A stretch of 64,000 nucleotides of DNA. Source: a virus (lineage: Duplodnaviria; Caudoviricetes). The stretch covers positions 112 to 64,111 of IMG/VR virus record IMGVR_UViG_3300023179_006747. One strand, given 5' to 3'. The translations under genes were made by a program, and so were the position numbers. The notes beneath the pieces are model-generated. The model was given only the letters and a program-made list of their open reading frames with translations. It ran no database searches and was not told the origin of the DNA. Of this stretch, positions 8,600 to 18,773 are shown piece by piece (positions within the stretch are counted from its first letter, which is position 1; each line of letters starts with the position of its first letter).

Positions 8600-8987
8600 G
8601 GGCGCGTACTGGTTTCGATTTTAAGAAAATAAATTGAAATGCAAGTGGAGGTTGAATCGAGGACTCCTTAAAAAGTTTCAATTATATTAACTGCCAAAAC
8701 AGCTAAATATAAAGGTCATATCTCTGCTAGAGTTTCTCTAGTTGAGATGACCGCTTCTGTAGCCTAAGTTCTACAGCGTGACTACCTTGACACATCTATT
8801 GGATAGTTGCGTAATTAGATGTCTTATTATTTATAGTTTTTTTGTTCTATCAGTATTAAGTATTAAAAATAAAATCGCTAAGTATGTTTGTTCTTTATCT
8901 ATACAAAGCTAAAAATAAAAAGAACTAAACTTGTAGTATTTTAATTTAGATTTTTAAAAGACGAGGATTCAACTTCCTCCGCGTCCA
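8600..8987 (+). ncRNA. ssrA: tmRNA
   Basis: 5' end GGGCGCGTACTGGTTTCGA. Acceptor stem GGGCGCG/CGCGTCC with a G3-U pair and discriminator A8987. T-arm GAGGA-TTCAACT-TCCTC. Helix 2 GCAAGT/ACTTGT. pk1 GGAG/CTCC plus TTGAA/TTCAA. TAACT-GCC resume site and tag ORF 8693-8767 AKTAKYKGHISARVSLVEMTASVA*. Confidence 0.95.
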
Positions 8988-9055
8988 AGTAAACGAATCT
9001 CTTCGTCTCCATTTTAATATTAGAGATTTATCTTAGGATAAGATATAATCTTTAT

Positions 9056-9607
9056 ATGTCAATATCAACAGTAAAAGTAAAATGCGCGTATTGTGGAAAT
9101 GAATTTCAAAAATTAAAATCAGAATACAATAGAAGAATTAAAAAGAAAAATGCAGGTTTTTTCTGCAATTTAAAATGTTCTGGAAATTATTTTGATACTA
9201 AACATTTAGCTAAATATAGAAAAATCTATAGTAAAAATATTAAAAATTATTCATCAAATCGCTTAGATGAATATAGCTCATTAAAATACTATTTAAATAA
9301 ATCTTTATATAGAAGTAAAAAGAAAGGTGTGAAATCTGATTTAACTTTAGAATATTTAAAAGAACTTTGGAATAAACAAAATGGAATCTGCCCATATACA
9401 GGAATTAAAATGGAACTTCCGAGAACAACAGCTGACGAAGATATCAAAAAAACTCCAACAAAAGCAAGTTTAGATCAAATTGTACCATCAAAAGGTTATA
9501 TAAAAGGAAATGTAGAATTTGTTTGTTATAGTGTGAATGTAGCAAAAAATGATTTTACTAAAGATCAAATGATAGATTTTATAAATCAAATTAAAAATAA
9601 ACTATAG
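9056..9607 (+). CDS. HNH-like (beta-beta-alpha-Me) homing endonuclease with N-terminal zinc ribbon
   Basis: CAYC...FCNLKC, LWNKQNGICPYTG and ASLDQIVPSKGYIKGNVEFVC..VNVAK motifs. Confidence 0.8.
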   Translation: MSISTVKVKCAYCGNEFQKLKSEYNRRIKKKNAGFFCNLKCSGNYFDTKHLAKYRKIYSKNIKNYSSNRLDEYSSLKYYLNKSLYRSKKKGVKSDLTLEYLKELWNKQNGICPYTGIKMELPRTTADEDIKKTPTKASLDQIVPSKGYIKGNVEFVCYSVNVAKNDFTKDQMIDFINQIKNKL

Positions 9608-9657
9608 AATAGTTTTCTTAAATACATAATTATATATAAAAAGTGTATATATTATAT

Positions 9658-11139
9658 ATGAAGGAAATTACACTTTTTGGCAAAACTGTTTATATTCTTG
9701 AGCAAGGTGTTGATTTTTATTCTTATGAATTAGCAGGATCTCAACCAAGTCCATGTGTTGAAGCTGGTGAACCTCGTACATTGAAAAATAGACCAATTTC
9801 AATTTTACAAAATGTCGATGATGGACCATATGATACTAGTAATGGACAAGTTTTATGGGGAAAAACAATCTTTAATCCAGATGATGGTAGTGAAACCCAA
9901 ATAAAAATATCAGAAATGTGGACTTATGGAGAACCAGAATGGAGAACGAGATATTATGAAGAAGAACTACCAGAACTAGGAAGAGCGTCCGCAAGACAAT
10001 TGAGAGATTGGTGGCTATTCGAATTTACTGAAACAATGGATTATGATTGGTCTATACATTTAATTAATTATCTTTATTATGAGTATACAAGAATAAATGA
10101 AACATTTATGCATGATCATGTTCCAGGCGCTTCTACTGCTCCAATGGGAGCATCTTTATTAGCAGATATTAACGCCGCAGCAAAATATCAATTATTGTAT
10201 TCTGCAGATATGGATGATCCTTTGCAAAAAGGTCCACTTATGTTTAAATCCAGAGGATTTGCGATTCAAGCATTTAAACACTTAATGGGAATAGAAGGGC
10301 CAGGATATTTTGACTATTATTTTAGAAGTAGAATAAATCTTAAAGGACATTTAATTACAACAAAAGATGGAAAGACGACTATAGAGATTAAATATTCTAA
10401 TGATGATGGACGCAAAGGTGGTGCAAGAAATCAACGTCTTTGTGGACATGCATTTTTATTTATAAATTTAACTTCGAAAAATGAGGGTCAAGTACCTCCA
10501 TCTATTCAAGTCGAATTAGGCGATGTTCTGGAAGCTGGTGATGAAAGCTATGTAATACAAAATTTATTTAATGTAATGGGTCCAACTCCTTCAGCAGAAT
10601 TTTTAAGTTGGTGGAACAAATTATGTGATTATTACGAAAGTCTTCAAAACCAATACGAAGAAGATGCAGAATCTTCATATGATCCACCAGCAAATTATGA
10701 TGAAAATGGAGTTAAATTTGGTATAATTCCTGGTGTAGATCTAAAAATTGATACTGATGGACCAGGAGTATTTTATGTTGGAGGTAGATTTGGGTTTGGA
10801 ACAAATCCTTATACTAAAGGTTTATGGCTTGGAAATCTTCGTTTTGAAGTAGGAGTAAATCCAAGAAATTATGCTAATCAAATATGGGGACAAATGAGGG
10901 CGAGACAGCAAAATTATAGATCAACTGTTCAACAAAAAACCCAAACCAGAGTAAATAACGCCTCAGCTGGAGCTACTAATCCAACCGACTTAGATATAAG
11001 TCAAAATCGAACATCTACTCCAAATGGCACAAGGCCATCAAATACAGACGCTGTACATGATAGCAATAAATCTGGCGCAAGTAACGGAGGATCTGATACT
11101 AGAAATTCCCAAAATAATCCTCAAGCTCCAGGCATGTAA
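9658..11139 (+). CDS. Large orphan protein with disordered N/S/T/Q-rich C-terminus
   Basis: Long ORF, acidic and Lys-poor. The ATG at 9658 follows a GTGTAT variant of the late motif (track start 9643). Confidence 0.75.
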   Translation: MKEITLFGKTVYILEQGVDFYSYELAGSQPSPCVEAGEPRTLKNRPISILQNVDDGPYDTSNGQVLWGKTIFNPDDGSETQIKISEMWTYGEPEWRTRYYEEELPELGRASARQLRDWWLFEFTETMDYDWSIHLINYLYYEYTRINETFMHDHVPGASTAPMGASLLADINAAAKYQLLYSADMDDPLQKGPLMFKSRGFAIQAFKHLMGIEGPGYFDYYFRSRINLKGHLITTKDGKTTIEIKYSNDDGRKGGARNQRLCGHAFLFINLTSKNEGQVPPSIQVELGDVLEAGDESYVIQNLFNVMGPTPSAEFLSWWNKLCDYYESLQNQYEEDAESSYDPPANYDENGVKFGIIPGVDLKIDTDGPGVFYVGGRFGFGTNPYTKGLWLGNLRFEVGVNPRNYANQIWGQMRARQQNYRSTVQQKTQTRVNNASAGATNPTDLDISQNRTSTPNGTRPSNTDAVHDSNKSGASNGGSDTRNSQNNPQAPGM

Positions 11140-11178
11140 TTTTTTTGATTTTAAATTTTTTTCTTTTATAATATCTTA

Positions 11179-12144
11179 TTGAATATACTTTGGCCAGACA
11201 TACATTTAAATCTTACGAAAAATATAGCAAAAGCTTTTAATAAACTAGGCCATACATTAATACTTCCAAGTTCAGATTATATACCAACAAATTTACCACC
11301 AAAACAATTTAATCAATGGGCGTGGAATACAACTTGGACTCAACAAAAAGCTGATCTTGAATTTCAACATAAAAATGTAAAAGTATTAAATAAATATCAA
11401 ATATTAGACCTTAAACCAGAAATAGTATTTATTACGAGTTTTGAAAGTCAATTTGAGATATTAAATGAAATTTGGCCTCACTTAAAAGAAAAGGGCAAAT
11501 TAGCTTGTTATAGCGGTAATGATTATTGGGATGGTGCTTATCCATTTTATATTATTAAAAATTATCTATGCGCGGATTATGTTGGATATTTTCTTGCTAA
11601 TAAATATAAAGTAAATCACTTGTACTATAGACCTTGGGTTGATTACGATAGGTGTACTTTTGATGGACCAACAGATGGAAATATAGTTGGAATTTATATT
11701 TCAGAATATGAAAAAAATTTTAATCAAGAATACAAAATAAGCAAAAGTCTTCAAGAAGAAACTCCATATATAGATTATCACTATCATACAAATAGTTCTC
11801 AAGAAGAATTAACTAAAAGCTTAAAATCAAGTATTGCAACTCAACATATTAAACATCTCGAAGGATATGGAATATCAGTAATTGAAAGTATGGCTTGCGG
11901 AAGACCAGTTCTTATGCATCGTCAAATGGCTAAAAATAAAAGTTTAATGCAGTGGAGTATTGAAAATACAACAGCCTTATTCTTTGAAAACAATTATGAA
12001 TATATCGCAAAATTAAAAGCATTATACGAAAGCAAAGATTATAGATATTATTTACAAAATATGACAGCTAGTGTTATTCGCCAGATTATAGATAATGACA
12101 GAGAAACAGAAAAGCTTGGACATTTCCTTAATAATCTAGTATAA
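11179..12144 (+). CDS. GT-B (GT4-like) glycosyltransferase
   Basis: EGYGISVIESMACGRPV motif; promoter TTGATT-N16-TATAAT at 11145-11172. Confidence 0.8.
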   Translation: MNILWPDIHLNLTKNIAKAFNKLGHTLILPSSDYIPTNLPPKQFNQWAWNTTWTQQKADLEFQHKNVKVLNKYQILDLKPEIVFITSFESQFEILNEIWPHLKEKGKLACYSGNDYWDGAYPFYIIKNYLCADYVGYFLANKYKVNHLYYRPWVDYDRCTFDGPTDGNIVGIYISEYEKNFNQEYKISKSLQEETPYIDYHYHTNSSQEELTKSLKSSIATQHIKHLEGYGISVIESMACGRPVLMHRQMAKNKSLMQWSIENTTALFFENNYEYIAKLKALYESKDYRYYLQNMTASVIRQIIDNDRETEKLGHFLNNLV

Positions 12145-12153
12145 TTTTAAATA

Positions 12154-12990
12154 GTGAAAATCTGGCTCTGTGGTATTACCCAAAACGAGAAGCAGAATAT
12201 TGACGATATGACTAAAGACATATATCAATATTTTGATGGGTTAATTTTTGTAGATGGTGGATCAACAGATGGTACGCTAGAAGTATTAAATGCAAGAAAA
12301 GGCCAAGGAAAGATTATAAATCGAGAATGGTCAAATGACCATGATCTTCAAATGAACGGCTTCCTAAGAGCAAATGTAATGCAAAATGGCGATTGGTTCA
12401 TTATTCGCGATAGCTGTGAAAGATTAGATATAGATTGGGTGAAGAATTTGCGTAATTTTATAGAAAATTTCTTAGAAAAGAATAAATTAAATAGCTGCGT
12501 TGACAGACAAAAAGCTTTTCTTGTTAAATATTTTGATGATATGATATTTCAAGGAAGCCCACATTGGGGTTTAAGTGGTATGAGAGGCGGATATATTGAT
12601 CTTTATGAATACTATGCAAAAAATCAAAAGATGTTTGCATGGGAAGAAAGGCCATCTCAAAGAAAGCACTATATTGATAGTGATATGAAGTATTACTTTA
12701 TTTATGGAAGATCAAATCATTGCGTTCTTCATTATTATGATAATGGCAAAACTCCAGAAAAATATCAACAACAAGAAAGTATAAGGCAAGCATTTAGATC
12801 TTTTTGTGAGACTTTAGGGATAAAATTCAATTTAGAGTCATTAAAAGAATACTGGCGAAATAATACTATCAATGATAATATGAAATTCTTTATTAATAAT
12901 GAAAGACTCATAAGAAGATTTTATAGATTAAATATTTTAAATCATTCATTAGAGCAAATTGATTCATCAGAGGAATGGAGACTAGAATGA
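12154..12990 (+). CDS. GT2-like glycosyltransferase
   Basis: NE..NI, VDGGSTDGTLEVL and DSCE motifs. Confidence 0.8.
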   Translation: MKIWLCGITQNEKQNIDDMTKDIYQYFDGLIFVDGGSTDGTLEVLNARKGQGKIINREWSNDHDLQMNGFLRANVMQNGDWFIIRDSCERLDIDWVKNLRNFIENFLEKNKLNSCVDRQKAFLVKYFDDMIFQGSPHWGLSGMRGGYIDLYEYYAKNQKMFAWEERPSQRKHYIDSDMKYYFIYGRSNHCVLHYYDNGKTPEKYQQQESIRQAFRSFCETLGIKFNLESLKEYWRNNTINDNMKFFINNERLIRRFYRLNILNHSLEQIDSSEEWRLE

Positions 12991-13886
12991 AATTAATAGA
13001 TTGCTTCATGTATTTTAATGAAAAAGATATTGCATATCTTAGAATAAAAGAATTATATGATATTGTTGATTACTTTGTCATCAATGAAGCCACAAAGACT
13101 CATCAAGGCCAAGATAAAGAATTATCCTTTTGGAAAGATGATAGACTACAAGAATTCAAAGATAAGATCATCTACACACCAATAGAACTAGATGGAAGAT
13201 TTGACGTTTTAATGCCAAAGTTTTTTCCAGATGCAAAGATTGGCGCAAAAGAGCACGAACAAAGAATAAGACTTTTTGAACAAATTGAACCATTAAACTT
13301 AGACAATTTAGATACAATAATGATTTCAGATTGCGATGAAATTCCTAATAAAAATATATTTCAAGATATGATTAAGTATCCAATCGTTGCGCTTAATCAA
13401 ATGTTTTTTGTTCATTACATTAATGTTTATACAAATAAAAATGTTACTGGAACAGTAGCTTGTAAATACGAAGGATTAAAATATTTAAATACACTATGTT
13501 TTGGAATGGGTCTTCAAATTTTAAGAAGAGATAAAGATTTTATGCCAAGAATAGAAAATGGTGGATGGCACTATTCTTATATGGGTGGAGCAAAATCAGT
13601 TAGTCAAAAAGTAGTATCAACTTATGATGGCAATTTGAACTCTCAATGGAAAACAGAAGCAGCTGCCCAAAAATTAATTGATGAAAGTATTAAAAATAAA
13701 CAAAGCCCTTTTTCTCAAGAGCCAATTTCTATTTTAGATTTTAAATGTGCTACAATAGCTGACTTAAACTTCATAACAGCAAAAGAAGGTGGGTGGCAGA
13801 AATCATCAGCAAGATGCCAATTGCATCCAAAAATAATAGAATTAGACTTTAATAGAGATTTTGAAAATTTAAAATATAATAAATAA
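12987..13886 (+). CDS. GT17 (MGAT3-like beta-1,4-GlcNAc transferase) family glycosyltransferase
   Basis: IDCFMYFNE...VDYFVINEATKTHQG, ISDCDEIP and GGWHYSYMG motifs; ATGA coupling. Confidence 0.85.
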   Translation: MKLIDCFMYFNEKDIAYLRIKELYDIVDYFVINEATKTHQGQDKELSFWKDDRLQEFKDKIIYTPIELDGRFDVLMPKFFPDAKIGAKEHEQRIRLFEQIEPLNLDNLDTIMISDCDEIPNKNIFQDMIKYPIVALNQMFFVHYINVYTNKNVTGTVACKYEGLKYLNTLCFGMGLQILRRDKDFMPRIENGGWHYSYMGGAKSVSQKVVSTYDGNLNSQWKTEAAAQKLIDESIKNKQSPFSQEPISILDFKCATIADLNFITAKEGGWQKSSARCQLHPKIIELDFNRDFENLKYNK

Positions 13887-13887
13887 C

Positions 13888-14586
13888 ATGAATAATCCTT
13901 TTGATTTTTTTGATAGAATATATTGCATTAATCTTCTAGAAAGAGTAGATAAATGGCAACAATGTTTGGAAGAATTTAAAAAACTTGGAATAGAAAATAA
14001 AGTGATTAGATTTAATGCAATTAAATTTATTGGTGAATTGCCAGAACAACTTAGATGGATTAATATTAGAGCTTGTGGATGTACAGCATCTCATAGAGAA
14101 ATTATAAAAATTTGTCATAATGAAAATGTCAAAAATGTATTAGTTTTAGAAGATGATGTAGAATTCCATAATGATCCAATCAAAAATTTAAGTTTATCAA
14201 TAAATGAATTAAAAGATAAAAGTTGGGATATATTATATCTTGGAATGAATGTGACAGATGAAAAATTTAAACAACCTTTAGAAAGAATTAGCCCTAATTT
14301 ACTAAGAATTAAAAGTGCATTGACTACGCATGCTATAGCATATAATAATTCTTCTTTTAAACCAATTTTAGAATATATACCAGAAGGATTAGAAATAATT
14401 AATTGGCAAGCAAGAAATGAATCTTATGATGGATTTTTTATGAGGCATTTTTTAAGCCAAAATAAAGCATTTTGCACGAATGAATATTTGGCTACTCAAA
14501 GAGATAGTTTTTCAGACATTAATCTAGGGAATGCAACTTACGGGAAAGCTATTATGGAAAATTTTTATAAAATGAGACCATTATGA
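13888..14586 (+). CDS. GT25 family glycosyltransferase
   Basis: YCINL..R.DKW, GCTASH, LVLEDDV, WDILYLG and TTHAIAY motifs. Confidence 0.85.
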   Translation: MNNPFDFFDRIYCINLLERVDKWQQCLEEFKKLGIENKVIRFNAIKFIGELPEQLRWINIRACGCTASHREIIKICHNENVKNVLVLEDDVEFHNDPIKNLSLSINELKDKSWDILYLGMNVTDEKFKQPLERISPNLLRIKSALTTHAIAYNNSSFKPILEYIPEGLEIINWQARNESYDGFFMRHFLSQNKAFCTNEYLATQRDSFSDINLGNATYGKAIMENFYKMRPL

Positions 14587-15392
14587 TAACATTTTTTCAA
14601 TTAGGCAAATATGGAGCAATTGGTAATCAACTTTTTCAATATGCTACATTATATTCAATAGGTAAAATAAATAATTATACAATTAAAATTCCAAAAACTG
14701 AAGAACATTTTGATGAAGGAACAAACAGAATCCAACATTATTTTTTAAATTGTTTTGATAACATATTTGCAGAAATATTAACGGAAGAAGATAAAAAATT
14801 AATAAAATATAAAGCGCACGATGAAAATGCTATATCTTATAATCAAAATATGTTTAATATACCAGACTTTACAACATTAGAAGGATATTTTCAATCATAT
14901 AAATATTTTATTGGTTTTGAACAAGATTTAAAAAAGCAATTTCAATTTAAAAAATCTATAATAAACTCTATAAATGCAAAGTATAATATAAATTATAAAA
15001 ATTTTTCTTCTGTACATTTAAGATATGGAGATTACGCGCATAGGCAAAATTATCATCCAATTATGGATAAAGATTACTATAAAAAAGCCTTTGAATTGCT
15101 AGACTCCTCAAACTATCTCGTATTTTCAGACAGCATAGAATATGCGAAAGTAATCTTTAATGATTTTAAAAATATTAATTTTATATTTGTAGAAAATAAT
15201 CACGCATTTGAAGATATGTATCTTATGTCGGTATGTAAAGATAATATTTTAGCTAATAGCAGTTTTTCTTGGTGGGCGGCATGGCTTAATGAAAATAATA
15301 AAGTAATAGCTCCAAAAAATTGGCTTGGCCCTGCTTATTATGGAAGATGGAATATAGAAGACTTAATACCAAAAGAATGGATTATCATATGA
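14583..15392 (+). CDS. GT11 alpha-1,2-fucosyltransferase-like protein
   Basis: GAIGNQLFQYA, GYFQSYKYF, VHLRYGDY and ANSSFSWWAAWL motifs. Confidence 0.9.
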   Translation: MITFFQLGKYGAIGNQLFQYATLYSIGKINNYTIKIPKTEEHFDEGTNRIQHYFLNCFDNIFAEILTEEDKKLIKYKAHDENAISYNQNMFNIPDFTTLEGYFQSYKYFIGFEQDLKKQFQFKKSIINSINAKYNINYKNFSSVHLRYGDYAHRQNYHPIMDKDYYKKAFELLDSSNYLVFSDSIEYAKVIFNDFKNINFIFVENNHAFEDMYLMSVCKDNILANSSFSWWAAWLNENNKVIAPKNWLGPAYYGRWNIEDLIPKEWIII

Positions 15393-16246
15393 ATAAAAAA
15401 ATATTTAACTTATTAGACAATAACTTCGCGCACGACAAATATGTTGTAGCAGGGATAGATTCAAAATATATCGAATGGGACAGATCATTAAAAGATTTAG
15501 AAAATCCATTCTTTTATTCGCATATAAGAATGCGCGATATTATTAGTAAAAATACAGACAAAGAAAAATCTTACGGACTTATTGTTGAATCAAGAGCAAT
15601 AGAAGGACAAATGTATGATTTTATTGAACCAATACTTCATAGATTTAATAAAGTATTCACTCATAATTCTGCATTTTTAAAAAAATATGAAAATTGTAAG
15701 TGGATTCCAGGAGGAGGAATATGGGTCGAAGGTAGAGAAGGCGCGCCACATGGAGAAGGACAAATGAAGATTTTTGATAAAACTAAATTATGCTCAATGG
15801 TATCATCAAACAAACAAATGTGTTATTTACATCTAGTAAGATTACAAATTATGGATTATTTAAAAGACAACAATAAGATAGATAAATTTTTTGGTGGAGG
15901 TGGCCCAGGAGACGCGGGATGGCTTCCAATTTTTAGGACATTAAAAGATTATATGTTTTCTATAGTAATAGAAAATTTTGTAGACGATTTATATTTTACA
16001 GAAAAAATATTAAATTGTTTTGCTACAGGAGTTATACCAATATATCTCGGAGCAAAAAACATACATACAGTTTTTAATAAAGATGGAATAATGCAATTTG
16101 ATTCACTTGAAAAATTAAATGAAATTTTAAATAAAATCTCTCCAGAAGAATATTACTCTAGAATAAATGCAGTTAAAGAAAATTATGAAAAATGCTTACA
16201 ATTTAAATCAATTGAAGATTATATTTATCTAAATTATTTATCATGA
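15389..16246 (+). CDS. GT10 alpha-1,3/4-fucosyltransferase-like protein
   Basis: YMFSIVIEN...YFTEKILNCFATGVIPIYLGA fucosyltransferase motif. Confidence 0.85.
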   Translation: MNKKIFNLLDNNFAHDKYVVAGIDSKYIEWDRSLKDLENPFFYSHIRMRDIISKNTDKEKSYGLIVESRAIEGQMYDFIEPILHRFNKVFTHNSAFLKKYENCKWIPGGGIWVEGREGAPHGEGQMKIFDKTKLCSMVSSNKQMCYLHLVRLQIMDYLKDNNKIDKFFGGGGPGDAGWLPIFRTLKDYMFSIVIENFVDDLYFTEKILNCFATGVIPIYLGAKNIHTVFNKDGIMQFDSLEKLNEILNKISPEEYYSRINAVKENYEKCLQFKSIEDYIYLNYLS

Positions 16247-17109
16247 AAAACATTTTAATACTAGGAAAAGGTTATATAGGATCAGGTTTATTTGAGTATA
16301 TAAAAATAAAAGAAGATATTTCTGCAGAAATTAAATCAAAAAGTGAACTTAATTATCTAGATTATTCTATATTAGACAATTATATATTTAATGCAAAAGC
16401 GAAAGGGCTAGATTACATAATAAATTGCGTCGGATACACTGGGAGGCCTAATGTTGAAGGTTGTGAATATGACAAAGAGACATGCTGGAAATATAATGTA
16501 AATATTCCAATACTTTTTACTGAAATAGCTAATCATTACGATATACCAATTATTCACGTAAGCAGTGGATGTATATATACTGGATATGAGAAAGATTATA
16601 GCGAAGAAGATGAACCTAATTTTGGTTTATATAATAATAGTAGTTTTTATAGTAAAACAAAACATGCTTGCGAAATTTCTTTAAAAAATACTAATAGTTA
16701 TATATTTAGGATAAGAATGCCGTTCTCCTATAAATCTTCTAATAGAAATTATATTAATAAAATATTACAATATGATAATTTAATAAGTTATAAAAATAGC
16801 TTAACATGCGTTGAGGATTTAAATGAATTCGTATATAAATTTATAAATTTAAAAGATAAACCTAAATTTGGAATATTTAATGTTTTGAATTCTGGATCAG
16901 CCACGGCAAAAGATGTTGTTAATATTTTACAAAAATATAAATTAGAAAACAAAAACTGGAAATTTTTAGATCAAAAAGAAATGAATTTTAAAACGCCAAG
17001 AAGTAATTGTGTTTTGTCTGTACAGAAAATTGAAAAATTAAAATTAGAATTACCTAACGTAATAATTAGTTTAGAAAATAGTATTAAAAATTTTCATAAT
17101 AATTTATGA
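16243..17109 (+). CDS. NDP-4-keto-6-deoxysugar 3,5-epimerase/4-reductase (NRS/ER, RmlD-like SDR)
   Basis: GKGYIG, GYTGRPNVEGCE, SSGCIY, SFYSKTK and RIRMP motifs. Confidence 0.85.
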   Translation: MKNILILGKGYIGSGLFEYIKIKEDISAEIKSKSELNYLDYSILDNYIFNAKAKGLDYIINCVGYTGRPNVEGCEYDKETCWKYNVNIPILFTEIANHYDIPIIHVSSGCIYTGYEKDYSEEDEPNFGLYNNSSFYSKTKHACEISLKNTNSYIFRIRMPFSYKSSNRNYINKILQYDNLISYKNSLTCVEDLNEFVYKFINLKDKPKFGIFNVLNSGSATAKDVVNILQKYKLENKNWKFLDQKEMNFKTPRSNCVLSVQKIEKLKLELPNVIISLENSIKNFHNNL

Positions 17110-17867
17110 ATAATAAGATTATTTATCTTTTAAGAGATTCACCATTAGATTTAAAACTTTTTGATAAAAGTATAGAACTTTTAAAAATTAATTTTTTACC
17201 TACAAATAATTATCCAATAGTAATTTTTCATGAAAATATTCCAATAGATATTTTTGAAAATATCCAAAACAAACATCAAATTAAATTCAATATACAAAAA
17301 ATAAACTTTGAAATACCTAAATTTTTAGATGAACAAAAAGTTCCCGCAGAAGTCATGACGAAATCAATCGGATATAGACATATGTGCAGATTTTATGCTG
17401 GAGAAATGTATTTTCAAGAAATACTTAAAGATACAAATTATTATTTAAGACTAGATAATGACTCTTTTTTCACTGAACCCATGCAATATGATTTATTTAA
17501 GCATATGGAAGATAATAATTATATCTATGGATATAATGCTACTCTAGGAGATAATCCGCAAGTTACAGTAGGTCTTTTAGAAGCATGCCAAGTATATAGC
17601 CAAACAAGAAAAGTTATAAAAAATATTAACGATATACCATTTCCTCAAGTATATTATACAAATTTTGAAATTGCAAAATTTAATTGGTTTTTAACTCCAG
17701 AATATTTAGATTTCTATAATTTTATAGATATGTTAGGAGGAATTTACCAATACAGATGGGGAGACCATATAATTAAATTTTTAGGCTTATCAATGCTTTT
17801 AGAAGATAAATATAAGCATCATTTTAAAAATTTACCATATGTGCATGGCAATTTTTTTAACTATTAA
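17106..17867 (+). CDS. GT15 (Kre2/Mnt1-like alpha-1,2-mannosyltransferase) family protein
   Basis: GYRHMCRF, YYLRLDND, YYTNFEI and GGIYQYRWGD motifs. Confidence 0.85.
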   Translation: MNNKIIYLLRDSPLDLKLFDKSIELLKINFLPTNNYPIVIFHENIPIDIFENIQNKHQIKFNIQKINFEIPKFLDEQKVPAEVMTKSIGYRHMCRFYAGEMYFQEILKDTNYYLRLDNDSFFTEPMQYDLFKHMEDNNYIYGYNATLGDNPQVTVGLLEACQVYSQTRKVIKNINDIPFPQVYYTNFEIAKFNWFLTPEYLDFYNFIDMLGGIYQYRWGDHIIKFLGLSMLLEDKYKHHFKNLPYVHGNFFNY

Positions 17868-18736
17868 TGAATGTTATTTTATTTAATTTTGGTAAAAACC
17901 ATTTATATTTCCAAGATTGTATAAATCAGATTCTTAATTATAATCACGATATAAAAATATATTTTATTGGAAATGAAAATCAATTTATAAATGGCGCAAA
18001 TTTTATAAACATTAATGAATTCAATAATCAAGATCTTATAAAAGAATTTAAAAATATTTCATTTTATGAAGATGATGGAAATCCATTATGGAGAGCATCA
18101 ATGGCTAGATTTTTTTATATTGAATCTTTTATTAAACAAAATAATCTTGTAGATGTATTTCATTTTGATAATGACGTTATGATATATGAAAATTTTAATA
18201 AAATTTTAAATAGTAAAAATGCTACAGATGAAAATATTATTACTCCAACGAATGAATTTAATTTAACCTGTGGAATGATGTATATTAAAAATGATAATTC
18301 TATTTCAAAATTAAACGAAAAACTTTTCGAAAAATTAAAACTTGGCGTGGGCGGTATATACAACAACTATCCAAAAAGAGGTTCGAGTTTAGATCCATTT
18401 ATGGTTAATGAAATGACCATACTTAAAATTATTCAAGAAGAAAATAAAAACTTATTATCTTTATTTCCTATACTACCCACTGATTTAAATTTTAATCAAT
18501 ACGGAATTTGTTTTGATCCTTCTTCTTGGGGTCAATGTATTGGAGGAACAAATTGTGGACACGGGCCAGGTTGGGCTGGAGAACATCATTATATTGGTAG
18601 AGAAATATTAAAAAATAAATATAAAATATTATTTGAAAATAAAAAACCAGAAATATTAGATTTAAATATAAATATTAAATATCCTTTATTCAATCTGCAT
18701 ATACATTCTAAAAATTTAAATATATTTTTAAGTTAG
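17867..18736 (+). CDS. Putative GT-A glycosyltransferase
   Basis: RFFYIE, HFDNDV (DxD), NEM, FDP and NLHIHSK motifs; cluster context. Confidence 0.6.
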   Translation: MNVILFNFGKNHLYFQDCINQILNYNHDIKIYFIGNENQFINGANFININEFNNQDLIKEFKNISFYEDDGNPLWRASMARFFYIESFIKQNNLVDVFHFDNDVMIYENFNKILNSKNATDENIITPTNEFNLTCGMMYIKNDNSISKLNEKLFEKLKLGVGGIYNNYPKRGSSLDPFMVNEMTILKIIQEENKNLLSLFPILPTDLNFNQYGICFDPSSWGQCIGGTNCGHGPGWAGEHHYIGREILKNKYKILFENKKPEILDLNINIKYPLFNLHIHSKNLNIFLS

Positions 18737-18773
18737 AATTTAATTTTAAAATCTATATAATATTAAGATCAAA

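Noticed and set aside
8600-9011. tmRNA as a host chromosomal attachment site marking a prophage boundary
   Set aside because: Both flanks are phage-like, share the same promoter motifs, and no integrase is present.
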